DNA of 64,000 nt from Williopsis jadinii (lineage: Eukaryota), in contig AP024664.1 in assembly GCA_024346625.1 (NCBI GenBank), positions 558,001-622,000 of the forward strand, read 5' to 3'. A model generated the notes under the pieces. That model was given only the letters and a program-made list of their open reading frames with translations. It was not told the DNA's origin and made no database searches. Positions 22,282 through 33,048 of this stretch are shown piece after piece (the first letter of the stretch is position 1; every line of letters starts with the position of its first letter). A program made the translations under genes and the position numbers.

Positions 22282-23416
22282 CACACCACACATGTCCAGT
22301 GCCAAAGCACAAAACACCTACAACAACCGACGATCCACGGATCAACAAGCACTACTAAAAACTGTCCAGCCAAACGCAACCCACACCACCTGAACAAGGG
22401 TTCATCCACTCCAAGTTCAAATGGCAATCGCCCTACACGCCGGCATCGCTACACCAAACAAGAGCCTCTAAAGCACCACCACTGCCTCTCCCAATTGCAC
22501 TGTTATGAGCGCCAACGGAGACGGCTGTGGCCACACTTTCCCGGTCGCGTGGTCGAGTGACTCTGAAGTTTGCTTTCTTTTTCCCCTGCCGTCCTTCTTT
22601 TGCCTGAATTTGGCTAAAAGACCATTGATGGAAGGTGTTGAAGCCCACGTGGACCCTTGGCATTTCTTTTTTCGTTTTTCGTTTATTGGTTGCGCAAATG
22701 TTTTCGCAAGTGTGCCGCATTGGGTAACCGAGTCACTGTTGCATGTGCATAGAGTGCTGTTTCTCTTGCGTTAGCGTTTAAACAACGTGGGAGAGTGCTG
22801 GACGAGAGAGATCGTACTGCTGGTAGCACTGGGTTGAGAGTGCTGTTCTATTGTGAAGAGGTCCGGTGGAGTCGTTGCGAGCAGTGTGCGTAGCTGTGTG
22901 GTTGTGTGGTTGTTACAATACGCGTGTGAAGCGTGTGAAGCGTACAGGAGCGCACAGCATGGGTTTGCACTCTGGGCGAGCTTGGTGATTACACACAGGT
23001 TACGTGTGTATTTGGTACTCTTGGCCATTGCTAGGACGTGGGAAAGGGTGGAAGGTCGATAGTGAGGTGCGTATTGTAACAGAGTTGGGTTATTCCACGA
23101 TATGGCGATGTTGTGGGTGGCAGAAAGCTTCGATATTGGCCTATATGGAAGTCTAACGGCATTTGTCAAGAGGTATGGCTGAAGAGCTTGGAAGTAGAAT
23201 CTGCCAGTTCACGGGGACGTGGGTGCAACAGTTCGAGTGTATATATTGTAAAGGTGTAGGGAGTATGCAGGATCACAGGACTCACATGGTTTAAATGGTG
23301 AGCGTTATGCCGGTTGAGAGCGTTGTCAAGCAAAGGTTGCTGAGTGATCATCGCCACATCATTCCAGGTAGCGAGGCAGTTGTAGTGGAGCCCATGTGGT
23401 GTTGTGAGGTTCACGG

Positions 23417-23482
23417 TGCTGAGCTAAGGATATGATGATGCTGAGCTAACGATATGACGGTGCTGAGGCCATAATATAACGA
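23417..23482. repeat. 22-bp degenerate tandem repeat x3
   Basis: TGCTGAGCTAAGGATATGATGA / TGCTGAGCTAACGATATGACGG / TGCTGAGGCCATAATATAACGA. Confidence 0.75.
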
Positions 23483-24070
23483 CGCTGCTGTGTGCAGCAT
23501 CCCTCGTGTGCTCTCTCCATACACGGACGATCATCTCTCATGGTAGTATCCACAGCACTGGGCTAATGCAGATCAAACTCCATGACGTTATATCAATATG
23601 GCTAAATAGAAGCACGCAAAAATTAGCATTTACGAACACAAGCGGTGTGATTGGAACCGGGCCTCAAGACTTGCAAAGGAACATGTGGTGGATAACACAC
23701 GGCATAGATATTTAACAGAGAACATTGTACATTCTAATCATGTGCCGATACTTATGACGTGCCATTTAGGCCCTCTAACAGCGAACAGAACACACACGTT
23801 CTCTTGAAATAGAGAACCGGTGAGCTATACCGGTGAGCTGTGTCGTTGTGAAACGCCCAGCAGAGGGCTTCACACATTCTTCAACACATGTGCCCACATG
23901 TTGAGCCCCCTATACGGGCCTACACAACAGCACATTCCGCCTACGCTCCACCTTAGAGCACAAGACGCCGTGAATCACACCGATATCCAGTCCCGGCTAT
24001 ACCTGGACGCCAATTGGAACCCCCAACGCTCCTCATGTAAAACCTCACTGTAGATCCCAACACAGACAGA

Positions 24071-24757
24071 CACGTTGGTCCCTCCAATTTAAATTGCAAC
24101 TGCAACATGCGATCGACCGTTGCGAGCCTCAGACAAATTTTATACACCTCAAGCCATCGCTGCCAGAAGAGTAAAGAGGTCGTGTGAGCACATGCCCTCA
24201 CGGACCACAAGCTGCCCACAACTTGGCAATTCGCCTCTCCCTTGACACAATGGCCTGAAAGAACCAAGACCTTCTATCAAAGTCCCAAGTGTGTCACATC
24301 TGCCAGCCAAGAGATCACCTGTCGTTAAATTCCTTGGTACTAACTGCCCATCTCATGGCACCAATCACCTCTTCGTCTCGATCAACATCCAAACACTTCT
24401 CAAACGTGTGTGTGTAGGCACTAGGCTTTAAAGCGAGGCCCATGTGGGCCTCCCCTTCATCCCGCAATGGCCTACAGCCTTACGCTGAGGTTTTTCTGCC
24501 AAAACCACCTCTCCCCCCAAAAGGGTTAAAATCGGCGTACAAACACGCCAAAACCTACCGTCCATCGCTTCGTAAAAGACAAAACAAGAAACGACAAAAT
24601 TTTGCACTCAATCTCCGTATGCAACACGCACGTGTACCCACTATCAACCCATTTAATTACTCTGTTTATTCATGCACCAGGTCTCCCTTTCTATGGCTTG
24701 TGGTGTTGTTTGGGTTGACGGAATTCCTTTTTCCCTTGTGTGTGAAATTATATAAAG
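24071..24757 (+). promoter_or_regulatory. PHO84 promoter: Pho4-type E-boxes and TATA
   Basis: CACGTT at 24071, AACGTG at 24403, CACGTG at 24629 and TATATAAAG at 24749. Confidence 0.6.
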
Positions 24758-24862
24758 TCTTGGAGAATGCCCAGTTTGCAAGTTGGGATTGTTGTGTTGT
24801 TGCTTCCCAGTACTTTGCAAGACAGCTGTGACTCCAAGCAGTTTTATACAGGTTGAGAAGAG

Positions 24863-26584
24863 ATGTCTGACGAGAAGGTTAACCCTGCGGCTGTTGGTGT
24901 TAGAACCAAAGGTGGTAACTCTGCGTTCCACAACTACCTGAACGACTTTGCCGACGTTGAGGACCCTCTGGAGAGAAGAAGACTGGCGCTTGAGAAGATT
25001 GACCAGGCGTCGTTTGGCTGGTACCATGTGAGAGCCATCACCGTTGCCGGTGTTGGTTTCCTGACAGATGCGTACGATATCTTTGCCATCAACCTGGGTT
25101 TGTCCATGATGTCGCACGTTTTCTGGGAGAACGGTAACGTGCCATCGTCCACGAGTACCCTGATCAAGGTGTCGACCTCTGTGGGTACTGTTATTGGCCA
25201 GCTTGGATTCGGTTTCCTTGCTGATTACGTTGGCCGTAAGAGAATCTACGGTACCGAGCTGATTGTGATGATCTGTGCCACCATTGGCCAGTGTTGCCTT
25301 GGTGAGTCCCCAGCCATCAACTTCACTGCTATCCTTACTTTCTTCAGAATTGTCCAAGGTATTGGTATTGGTGGTGACTACCCAATGTCCTCTGTTATCT
25401 CCTCCGAGTTCGCCACCACCAAGTGGAGAGGTGCCATTATGGGTGCCGTGTTTGCCAACCAAGGTTGGGGTCAGTTGATGGCTGGTATCGTTGCCTTGAT
25501 CTGTGTTGCAGGTTACAAGAACGATCTGATCGATGCCAACACCTCTGCCGAGTGTGGCCACAGTTGTCAAAGAGCGTGCGATGCCATGTGGCGTATTGTT
25601 GTTGGTTTTGGCTGTGTTCCAGGCTGTGTCGCATTGTACTTCAGATTGACCATCCCAGAATCCCCAAGATACACCTTGGATGTTGAGTACGATATTGAGA
25701 AGGGTGTTGCCGATGGTGGTAAGTTCTCCTCTGGTATGCGTGGTAACGCTGACGAGACTGATGTCCAACAGTTGAGAGTCACTGAGAGAACCACTGCTGA
25801 GATCATCCAGCCACCAAAGGCCTCATTTGGTGATTTCAGACGCCATTTCGGCCAATGGAAGCACTTTAAGATTCTTTTGGGTACTGCTGGTTGTTGGTTC
25901 ATGCTTGATGTTGCCTACTACGGTCTTGGTTTGAACACTGCTACTATTTTGCAAACTATTGGTTACGCCTCTTCGAAGAACGTTTACCACTCTCTTTACA
26001 ACCAAGCTGCCGGTAACTTGATTTTGATTTGTGCCGGTTCCATCCCAGGTTACTGGTTCTCTGTTGCTACTATCGATTTTGTCGGTAGAAAGCCAATCCA
26101 GTACATGGGTTTCTTCCTCTTGACCGTTATCCTCTGTATCATTGGTTTCGCTTACCACAAGGTTGGTGAGCACGGTTTGCTTGCTCTCTACGTTCTTGCC
26201 CAATTCTTCCAGAACTTTGGTCCAAACACAACCACCTTCATCGTGCCAGGTGAGTGTTACCCAACCAGATACAGATCCACAGCCCACGGTATCTCTGCTG
26301 CCTGTGGTAAAGTTGGTGCTATCATTGCCCAAACTGCTCTCGGTACTTTGATCAACCACAACTGTCCGTCTGATAAGAAGAACTGTTGGTTGCCACATGT
26401 CATGGAGATCTTTGCCCTCTTCATGCTCTGTGGTCTTTTCCTCACCTACTTCATCCCAGAGACCAAGAGAAAGACCTTGGAAGAGATCTCTGAGGAAGTC
26501 CACGGCGAGGTTGATCCATCAAAGCTCGCTCTTCAACAACGTGCCTATGACAACACCTCCAGTGCCGATGACAAGATGGTCTAA
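24863..26584 (+). CDS. PHO84: High-affinity phosphate:H+ symporter (MFS)
   Basis: GVGFLTDAYDIFAINL, GIGIGGDYP, QFFQNFGPNTTTFIVPGE and PETK motifs, with strong codon bias. Confidence 0.96.
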   Translation: MSDEKVNPAAVGVRTKGGNSAFHNYLNDFADVEDPLERRRLALEKIDQASFGWYHVRAITVAGVGFLTDAYDIFAINLGLSMMSHVFWENGNVPSSTSTLIKVSTSVGTVIGQLGFGFLADYVGRKRIYGTELIVMICATIGQCCLGESPAINFTAILTFFRIVQGIGIGGDYPMSSVISSEFATTKWRGAIMGAVFANQGWGQLMAGIVALICVAGYKNDLIDANTSAECGHSCQRACDAMWRIVVGFGCVPGCVALYFRLTIPESPRYTLDVEYDIEKGVADGGKFSSGMRGNADETDVQQLRVTERTTAEIIQPPKASFGDFRRHFGQWKHFKILLGTAGCWFMLDVAYYGLGLNTATILQTIGYASSKNVYHSLYNQAAGNLILICAGSIPGYWFSVATIDFVGRKPIQYMGFFLLTVILCIIGFAYHKVGEHGLLALYVLAQFFQNFGPNTTTFIVPGECYPTRYRSTAHGISAACGKVGAIIAQTALGTLINHNCPSDKKNCWLPHVMEIFALFMLCGLFLTYFIPETKRKTLEEISEEVHGEVDPSKLALQQRAYDNTSSADDKMV

Positions 26585-28038
26585 GTTCATCGAGTGCCAT
26601 TGAAATAGAGTGTTTGCAGCAAACGAGCACGGATAGCACATAGAAGTTTATAGTCTTTCACTTCTCATATAATTAATTTGATTTTCTACCTATAATAATG
26701 CTTTCTTAAAGATTCCTCCGTGGCTGTAGGCTTGGTAAGTCATTTGCTCAGAGAGCGAGCGTAGTGGCTACTACACAGTGCTATGCCTTCTGGCATCATC
26801 TCATCGCAGTACCGAGGCACATGTACATTGCTCAGATCCAGCATACGTGAGGAAGTGTCGTGCTGCACTTAATAGGGCACGGACGTTTAGGTTGGTCGTA
26901 ATTGGTGCACCAGTTCCAGGGCTTACGGGCAGTTCATGTAGCGTATATATATCGGCGTTATTACCACGGCACCCGTCGGCTGCTGTGGCACGTTATATGC
27001 AAAACGTCGTCTGGTATACAGCGTATGCCCAAAGGATGTGGACGTACGGTATGTACACCGTAGCCGTGCTGCACGGGGCTCAACACCTTGTACAATACAA
27101 GTCTTGGGCATATGGCAAGCGTGAGATCTTTCAACAGAGGGGAGGGTATTTGTCATGAGATGTTTCTGCACGGTGTGCTATATCCTCACTCTAATCTGAG
27201 CATCGGGTAGCGTGCTGAACTGGTTGTGGTGAGTAGGCTTGTGACCGTATGATCGTTGCTGTTGCACCTGTTTTACTCCACATAGTGACTCCAGAGTTTA
27301 ATGTTCGAGGCGTATTCCACGTACTGGTGCTTATACACTAAACGCCGATACTTCGATACGCCAATGGAGAGCAATCGAGCATATACACACGTCCGTACCG
27401 AAGCTTGAGGTCAACTGCCGTGACGTAAAGGAAAAACAGCACAAGGTACTTCCGGCGTGGGAAGCGGGAAACCAGACATGCCGGTGGAGGTGACTGGTTG
27501 TGATCTTGAACTGTAGACGAAAGCAGTGTACTGGGCCATCAAAGCTCGGCACAAGAACAGCCTTATGGTGGCTGCTGCGATGACTACCACGAGCCATAGA
27601 CACCGATGTGCCCTCAGTATGGACAGTGTCAACGGTGCACTCAATGTTCGCACGCTGTTTGCCACCAGCATCAGATCACGAGTGTCGAGTCGACTTCAAA
27701 AGCATCGTGGGCCCACACCCTCGGTGACTATAACCGTGATGCCTGTGGAACCTCATACCTAGCACGGGCTGCATAAGATGCTTGGATATACTCGGTCACG
27801 CAAAGGCATGGCGACGGAGCACAACCGAGACCAGTGACCAATTCTGAGCAGCACAGTGCTCGTTGTCCTCTGTCCCCTCCACCCTCACCTTCGTATGTGC
27901 CATCTCCCTTGATGGAACACGTTAAAGCCCACAGACGTGTCCTCTCCACCCCAGCTCCTTCTCACCTTTGGGCCGTCCGCCAAACCAAGAGGCAACGCAC
28001 AAAACACACAGCTCTGGAGCCCACAACGTCAAAACGTA

Positions 28039-28103
28039 CACCGAATACACTCAATATTGGGCTTGTTTTGTGCACCGAATACACCCAATATCGGGCTTGT
28101 TTT
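28039..28103. repeat. Direct duplication with 34-bp period
   Basis: CACCGAATACACTCAATATTGGGCTTGTTTT and CACCGAATACACCCAATATCGGGCTTGTTTT (2 mismatches). Confidence 0.85.
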
Positions 28104-28925
28104 CTACAGGCTTTATCACCCACCGCAGCGGCGCCTCAGAGACCAACTCTGGTGATAATCTACAGATCTGAGACCGCCACATCGTTTTTAGTACGTGCCT
28201 ATAAAGCTTAAAGACGTGGCCTCCACCTTCTTCGACCGCTTGCTATCGTTCCCCGTCCTCTACGCTCACAAATTGCTTTGTCTTGCGGGCATCATCGCCA
28301 TTTGGAAGCGTTGACGCTTTCGGCTCTGCCTGGTTGCCCTGTTGAGCTGTGGGCCCTTTTCCGAAAACGACGCACGCCAAAGTCAAAAAGAAAGAAAAAT
28401 AATGAAAAAGTTCTCTCTGCTCGAGTTTGTCTGTGGTACGGGCCGCATGTCCGACTCACGATTACATCATATATATGCAGGTGGGAAAAGCCTAATTCGC
28501 AATATCAACAAAAGCATACGGTTGTACTACGGTTCTATGGGATTATGGCTGGGTTGAAAGCGCTCGTGCTCTCTTGCATGAATCGGTGTGGATTTGGGAT
28601 AATCTTGATGGATGTTTAAAAGGGAAGGAAAATTTTTTTTCTTCCAGTTGCAAAGCCTGTGTGGTTGCTTCTTGTTGTTGTATAGTTAACGTTTAGGTGT
28701 ATCTGTGCTTATAGATACCTACTTGAGGAATAAGTGCCCGTGAGGATTGGTCCATACCCTTGTTTCGATCATTTTTTGAAGCCCGCGTGCTGTCGTCTTC
28801 GCTGCTTTCACACGACCCGAGCGTTGTACGTCATATTGGAGGATTAATGCTATAGTCGAGCACTCAGAGTCTCGAACGCTTCTACTCTTTCGCATCCACA
28901 CCACTGCCACTGCGCCAGCATCGCC

Positions 28926-30599
28926 ATGGTGTTCAACTACTTCAACAAGCCATCCGACGAGGAGTCGGTCAAGAAGAACGAGGAGTTCACAACCTCGTCC
29001 ATCTCTTCAACTTCTGTTGAGAAGCAGTACAACACCACGCATCGGACGCTGACCTCAAGAACCCTGCACTTGATCGCTATTGGAGGTGCCATCGGAACAG
29101 GTTTGTTCGTCACTATCTCCACTGGTCTGCTGTATGGTGGTCCGCTGGGACTGTTCTTGGCCTTCTTCATCTGGACAGGAGTGATATTCGGTGTCACTGC
29201 CTCCATTGGTGAGATGGTGTGCTACTTGCCAATATCGTCGCCATTCATTCAAATGGCTGGACGTTGTGTCGACGATGCCTTTGAGCTCATCGTTGGCTTC
29301 AACTACTTCATCATGATTTCCGTCTACATTCCCTTTGAGATCACCGCAGTTAACGGTATGATCCACTACTGGAGAGATGACTATTCTCCAGCCATATCAT
29401 TCTGCATCCAGATCTTCATCTACACTGCACTGAACTTGTTTGCCGTGAAATGGTTTGGTGAGTCTGAGTTCTACCTCTCCATTGGTAAGCTGTTCTTGGC
29501 TATTGCGTTGATCTTTTTCACTTTCATCACAATGGTTGGAGGAAACCCACAACACGACGCATTTGGGTTCCGCTATTGGAATGATCCAGGCCCATTCTCA
29601 ACGTATTATACCACTGGAAACATGGGTCGCTTCCAAGGTTTCCTGCGTGCCTTGAATACCGGCTGCTTCACCATCGTTGGCCCGGAGTACTTGTCCATGG
29701 TTGCTGGAGAAGCTGGTCAGGAGACCAGAAAAGTCCTTGCCGGTACTTTCAGATCTGTGTTTTACAGATTGATATTCTTTTACATCTTTGGTGCCCTATC
29801 TGTGGGTATTTTACTCCCATATAACGATCCAACCTTGAATGAACTTGCTGCAGCAGGTTCTACCTCTAACGGTTCTTACTCACCTTATATCATTGCAATG
29901 ACTAACATGGGCATCAAGGTGTTCCCTCACATCGTCAATGTTCTCTGCGTTGTTTCAGCCTTCTCTGCAGGTAATTCATATGTCTACTGCTCTTCCCGGT
30001 CCCTCTATTCTATATCTCTGAGAGGGTTTGCACCAAAGTTCCTACAGTACTGTACAAAGTCTGGTGTTCCGGTGTTTTGCGTTGGTATTGCCTTTTGCTT
30101 CTCCCTTTTGTCCCTGTTACAGTTGGGTGATAGCACAGCCACTGTGCTGAGCTGGATCGTCAACCTGTGTACCGGTGCTCAAGTGAACAACTACTTCTTT
30201 ATGTGCATCACTTACATTGGATTCTATCGTGCATGCAATGCTCAAGGAATCGACAGAACACAGTTCAGATACTTGTCGTGGTTCCAGCCTTACACCATCT
30301 GTTTCTGCTTGTTCATGACTCTGTGCATGGTGGGCTCGTTGGGCTACACCGTCTTCCTTCCAGGCATGTGGAACATTGAGAACTTTTTAACTTATTACCT
30401 GATGATCTTGCTCGACATTGTTCTCTACGTGGGCTACAAGCTGATCAAGAGATCGAAATTTGTCCAACCAGAGGAGGCAGATCTCATCACTGGCCTTGCC
30501 GAGGTCGAAGAGCACGAGATGAACTACCTGGAGAGCTTGGAGAGAGAAGGAAAGCTGCACCAGAAGTGGTACCAGAAGATTGCAGAATGGGTCTTTTAA
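28926..30599 (+). CDS. Amino-acid permease (APC/YAT family), Agp2-like
   Basis: LIAIGGAIGTGLF, FGESEF, GGNPQHDAFGFRYW, AFSAGNSYVYCSSR and about 12 TM segments. Confidence 0.88.
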   Translation: MVFNYFNKPSDEESVKKNEEFTTSSISSTSVEKQYNTTHRTLTSRTLHLIAIGGAIGTGLFVTISTGLLYGGPLGLFLAFFIWTGVIFGVTASIGEMVCYLPISSPFIQMAGRCVDDAFELIVGFNYFIMISVYIPFEITAVNGMIHYWRDDYSPAISFCIQIFIYTALNLFAVKWFGESEFYLSIGKLFLAIALIFFTFITMVGGNPQHDAFGFRYWNDPGPFSTYYTTGNMGRFQGFLRALNTGCFTIVGPEYLSMVAGEAGQETRKVLAGTFRSVFYRLIFFYIFGALSVGILLPYNDPTLNELAAAGSTSNGSYSPYIIAMTNMGIKVFPHIVNVLCVVSAFSAGNSYVYCSSRSLYSISLRGFAPKFLQYCTKSGVPVFCVGIAFCFSLLSLLQLGDSTATVLSWIVNLCTGAQVNNYFFMCITYIGFYRACNAQGIDRTQFRYLSWFQPYTICFCLFMTLCMVGSLGYTVFLPGMWNIENFLTYYLMILLDIVLYVGYKLIKRSKFVQPEEADLITGLAEVEEHEMNYLESLEREGKLHQKWYQKIAEWVF

Positions 30600-31115
30600 C
30601 CACGGGCTCTTCCACCACGAGAACTACCGCTTGTTGGTATTAACATTCCAAATAACGAGATTTGTACATTAGACGGATCCATGGGCTCCATAATCAGCCT
30701 ACACCTAGTGCTATGGCTCTATAATGTAATGAGAATAATTGCTTTTAATCTACACCTTGTGCTCTGTAGCAGTGCATGCATAAGATGCTGCGCTGCCAAT
30801 CATCCACTTATCACCAATGGGTGCTTCAAAAGCAGCATCACAGCCCCCTTAGGGCTCCAGAACACTGACCACCAACCCACGAGCGAACACCAAGGCCAAT
30901 TGATCATGCTCTCCGCCTATAAAAGCCAGTGGGTAGCCATCGTTGTTGACATAAACTGCGCCTCTATAGTTGTTGCAGCGATAACCACAGTAACGCACCA
31001 ACGCCATGGTGATTTCGCGGATTGCGGGCTTCCAATGGCTGAGGAGCCATAATTCATAGCAAAGCCAGTTGCAACGCTGAGAAAGACAGCAGGAGCAGGA
31101 GCAGATAAGCGAACA

Positions 31116-31844
31116 ATGATCAGTCAGGTGAAGACTTCAGCGAGAGGTTCATTGGCGTTTCCGTGGAGGAGATGCTTAAGCACGCAATTCATGCCTGTTC
31201 GTCCCAATGAGACGGGCACGAGGCCCCTACGGACCGTCGTACAGGCAACGTCCATTGTCCTTGGTACTGTGGGGGTATACGTTGGCTTCCAGCTATACCA
31301 GGGGAAGAAGGTGTTCTTGCCCATGTGGATCTCCAAGTCCAGGTGGGCGTCGACGGAGCGAGACGTTGATTTGAAGTACGTGAAGTCTGTGGCCAAGGAA
31401 CAGGTGCTGGAGAGGCTCTCACTAGACCCGTTGATCCAGAAGGGGTTCAGATTACCTCTCAAGACGCAGTTCCACGACGAGGGCTTTGAGATCTGGACAG
31501 AGGAGAAGCAGTCCACCGTCAAGGGCATCCAGCTGAAGCCCCACCCTCTGAGGGTGTCGTTTGAACACCGTCCGTTCACCGTGCAACGTGATTTCGAAGT
31601 GCTTATGGAGAACCTTGGTGGCGAGGATTCGTTCGAGATACCAGTTGTCAACAGCAACAAGTCGAAGGATGTTGATATCTGGTTCTTGGGGACCGTGTCC
31701 ATAGAAGGACAGAACGGCCAGGTGGCTGACGTTGTGTTCAAAGGGATATTCGACTCTGAGCATTTCAGACAGGCACGTATACTGAAGGCCCATCTAATAC
31801 GTGACGTTGACGGTCACAAGACAAGGGAGACACTGTGGGGATGA
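31116..31844 (+). CDS. AIM39: Mitochondrial membrane protein, Aim39 family
   Basis: Presequence-like N-terminus, single TM, then FLPMW, VLERLS...I..G..LPL, HRPF and IWFLG segments matching Aim39 as recalled. Confidence 0.7.
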   Translation: MISQVKTSARGSLAFPWRRCLSTQFMPVRPNETGTRPLRTVVQATSIVLGTVGVYVGFQLYQGKKVFLPMWISKSRWASTERDVDLKYVKSVAKEQVLERLSLDPLIQKGFRLPLKTQFHDEGFEIWTEEKQSTVKGIQLKPHPLRVSFEHRPFTVQRDFEVLMENLGGEDSFEIPVVNSNKSKDVDIWFLGTVSIEGQNGQVADVVFKGIFDSEHFRQARILKAHLIRDVDGHKTRETLWG

Positions 31845-31917
31845 ATGCTATTGTGTATATAAGGAAAATAAAAGCATTGTGATACCTGTATAAAGATTAG
31901 AACCAGATTGTCATGTA

Positions 31918-32694
31918 TTAAAAGTCGTCATCATCGAAAGCAGACCAGTCCACTTTCTTACCATTGGCAATGTCCTCGTTGAGTTGGTACTCCTTCGCAA
32001 AGATCCTGTTGAACTCCTCTTGGTTGAAGGGCTTGTCCTCTTCCTGTTTCTTCTTGTTGTCGCCAGTACGACGTTCACGGTGTTTAGCGTCACTCTTGTG
32101 ACTACGAGGAGCATCACCATGCGATTTCCTTGCCACACTCCTTGAAGGCGAGGCATGGTGGGCCGAGTCTCTTTTCACTCTGTCCCGTTCAGTGCTCGAA
32201 CGCATCTTCTTGTCCCTACTGTGCTTTCTTTCAGCTTCAGTGTGCGACTTGGGGCCACTATCAAGTTTAATGCCCAGCCTAGCGGCAAAGTCACGAGCAG
32301 CTTTGGTGGGCGGTGGCCTGTCGTCTGCTTCTTGGTCGCCGTGGTGGTGATCGTGGTGATCGTGGTCACCGTGGTCATTACCGTGGTGTTCATCACGGTG
32401 GCCACCACGGCCATCACCCGTGTGATCTCCAGCGGAAACAGCCAATTGGCCCAACCTCGATGCCAGATCGCCACGTCCTTTATGTCTCGTCTCCTTCTTC
32501 CCACCTCGTCTCTCCAACCGCACAGGCTCCTCTTCCTCACCACCATCCTCCTCATCGCCACTGCTCTCAGCCCACCGTGAAACCAACGGCTGGCCTTTCT
32601 TGCACGTTATCACGTTGGCATCCTTCATATGGTCCTGCTCCTGTGCCTCCTCAACCAGATCAGGCTCATCGGCCCATTTCGACGCTAACCTCAT
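31918..32694 (-). CDS. Hydrophilic low-complexity protein, possibly Gfd1-like mRNA export factor
   Basis: N-terminal LASKWADEP, internal SRWAE and C-terminal VDWSAFDDDDF resemble Gfd1 end motifs; His/Asp-rich middle. Confidence 0.5.
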   Translation of the reverse strand: MRLASKWADEPDLVEEAQEQDHMKDANVITCKKGQPLVSRWAESSGDEEDGGEEEEPVRLERRGGKKETRHKGRGDLASRLGQLAVSAGDHTGDGRGGHRDEHHGNDHGDHDHHDHHHGDQEADDRPPPTKAARDFAARLGIKLDSGPKSHTEAERKHSRDKKMRSSTERDRVKRDSAHHASPSRSVARKSHGDAPRSHKSDAKHRERRTGDNKKKQEEDKPFNQEEFNRIFAKEYQLNEDIANGKKVDWSAFDDDDF

Positions 32695-32875
32695 CGCAAA
32701 ACTTATCAGCCTATCAACTGAGCAACGGCAGCTTCAATTGGCCAGCACAGCAACAGTAATACACACACAGCCAACAGCACACCAACACACCACAACGGCA
32801 CAACCAGCTGGAACTCCAATCACCAAAGAATCAGTTTTAAAACTGCCCCAAAATTTCATAAAGGCTGCCCTTTTC

Positions 32876-32965
32876 GCCGGTACCGCACTCCGTTCACCGG
32901 GCAGCACCGCTGATTGAGTCAACTGAAAAATTTTTCCACCGTGGCCGCCTTTGCTATATAAAAAG
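32876..32965 (+). promoter_or_regulatory. ILV5 promoter: Leu3-like site, Gcn4 site, RRPE-like tract, TATA
   Basis: GCCGGTACCGC (one mismatch to Leu3 CCGGTACCGG), TGAGTCA at 32915-32921, TGAAAAATTTTT and TATATAAAAA. Confidence 0.7.
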
Positions 32966-33048
32966 GACTACCAGATCCTCTTTTCTTTTCCTCTTCCTCT
33001 TCCCCCTTTACTCCCTGTTTGATAACCAGACTTTTATCGTTAAGCACT

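Noticed and set aside
22056..22427. ORFs with repeated VLWSWCCGHGAVVM
   Set aside because: Translations of the 14-bp minisatellite; the unit is not a multiple of 3 and there is no coding context.
24653..26503. Long antisense ORFs (371 and 226 aa) over PHO84
   Set aside because: Same codon-bias shadow; not evidence of an antisense protein.
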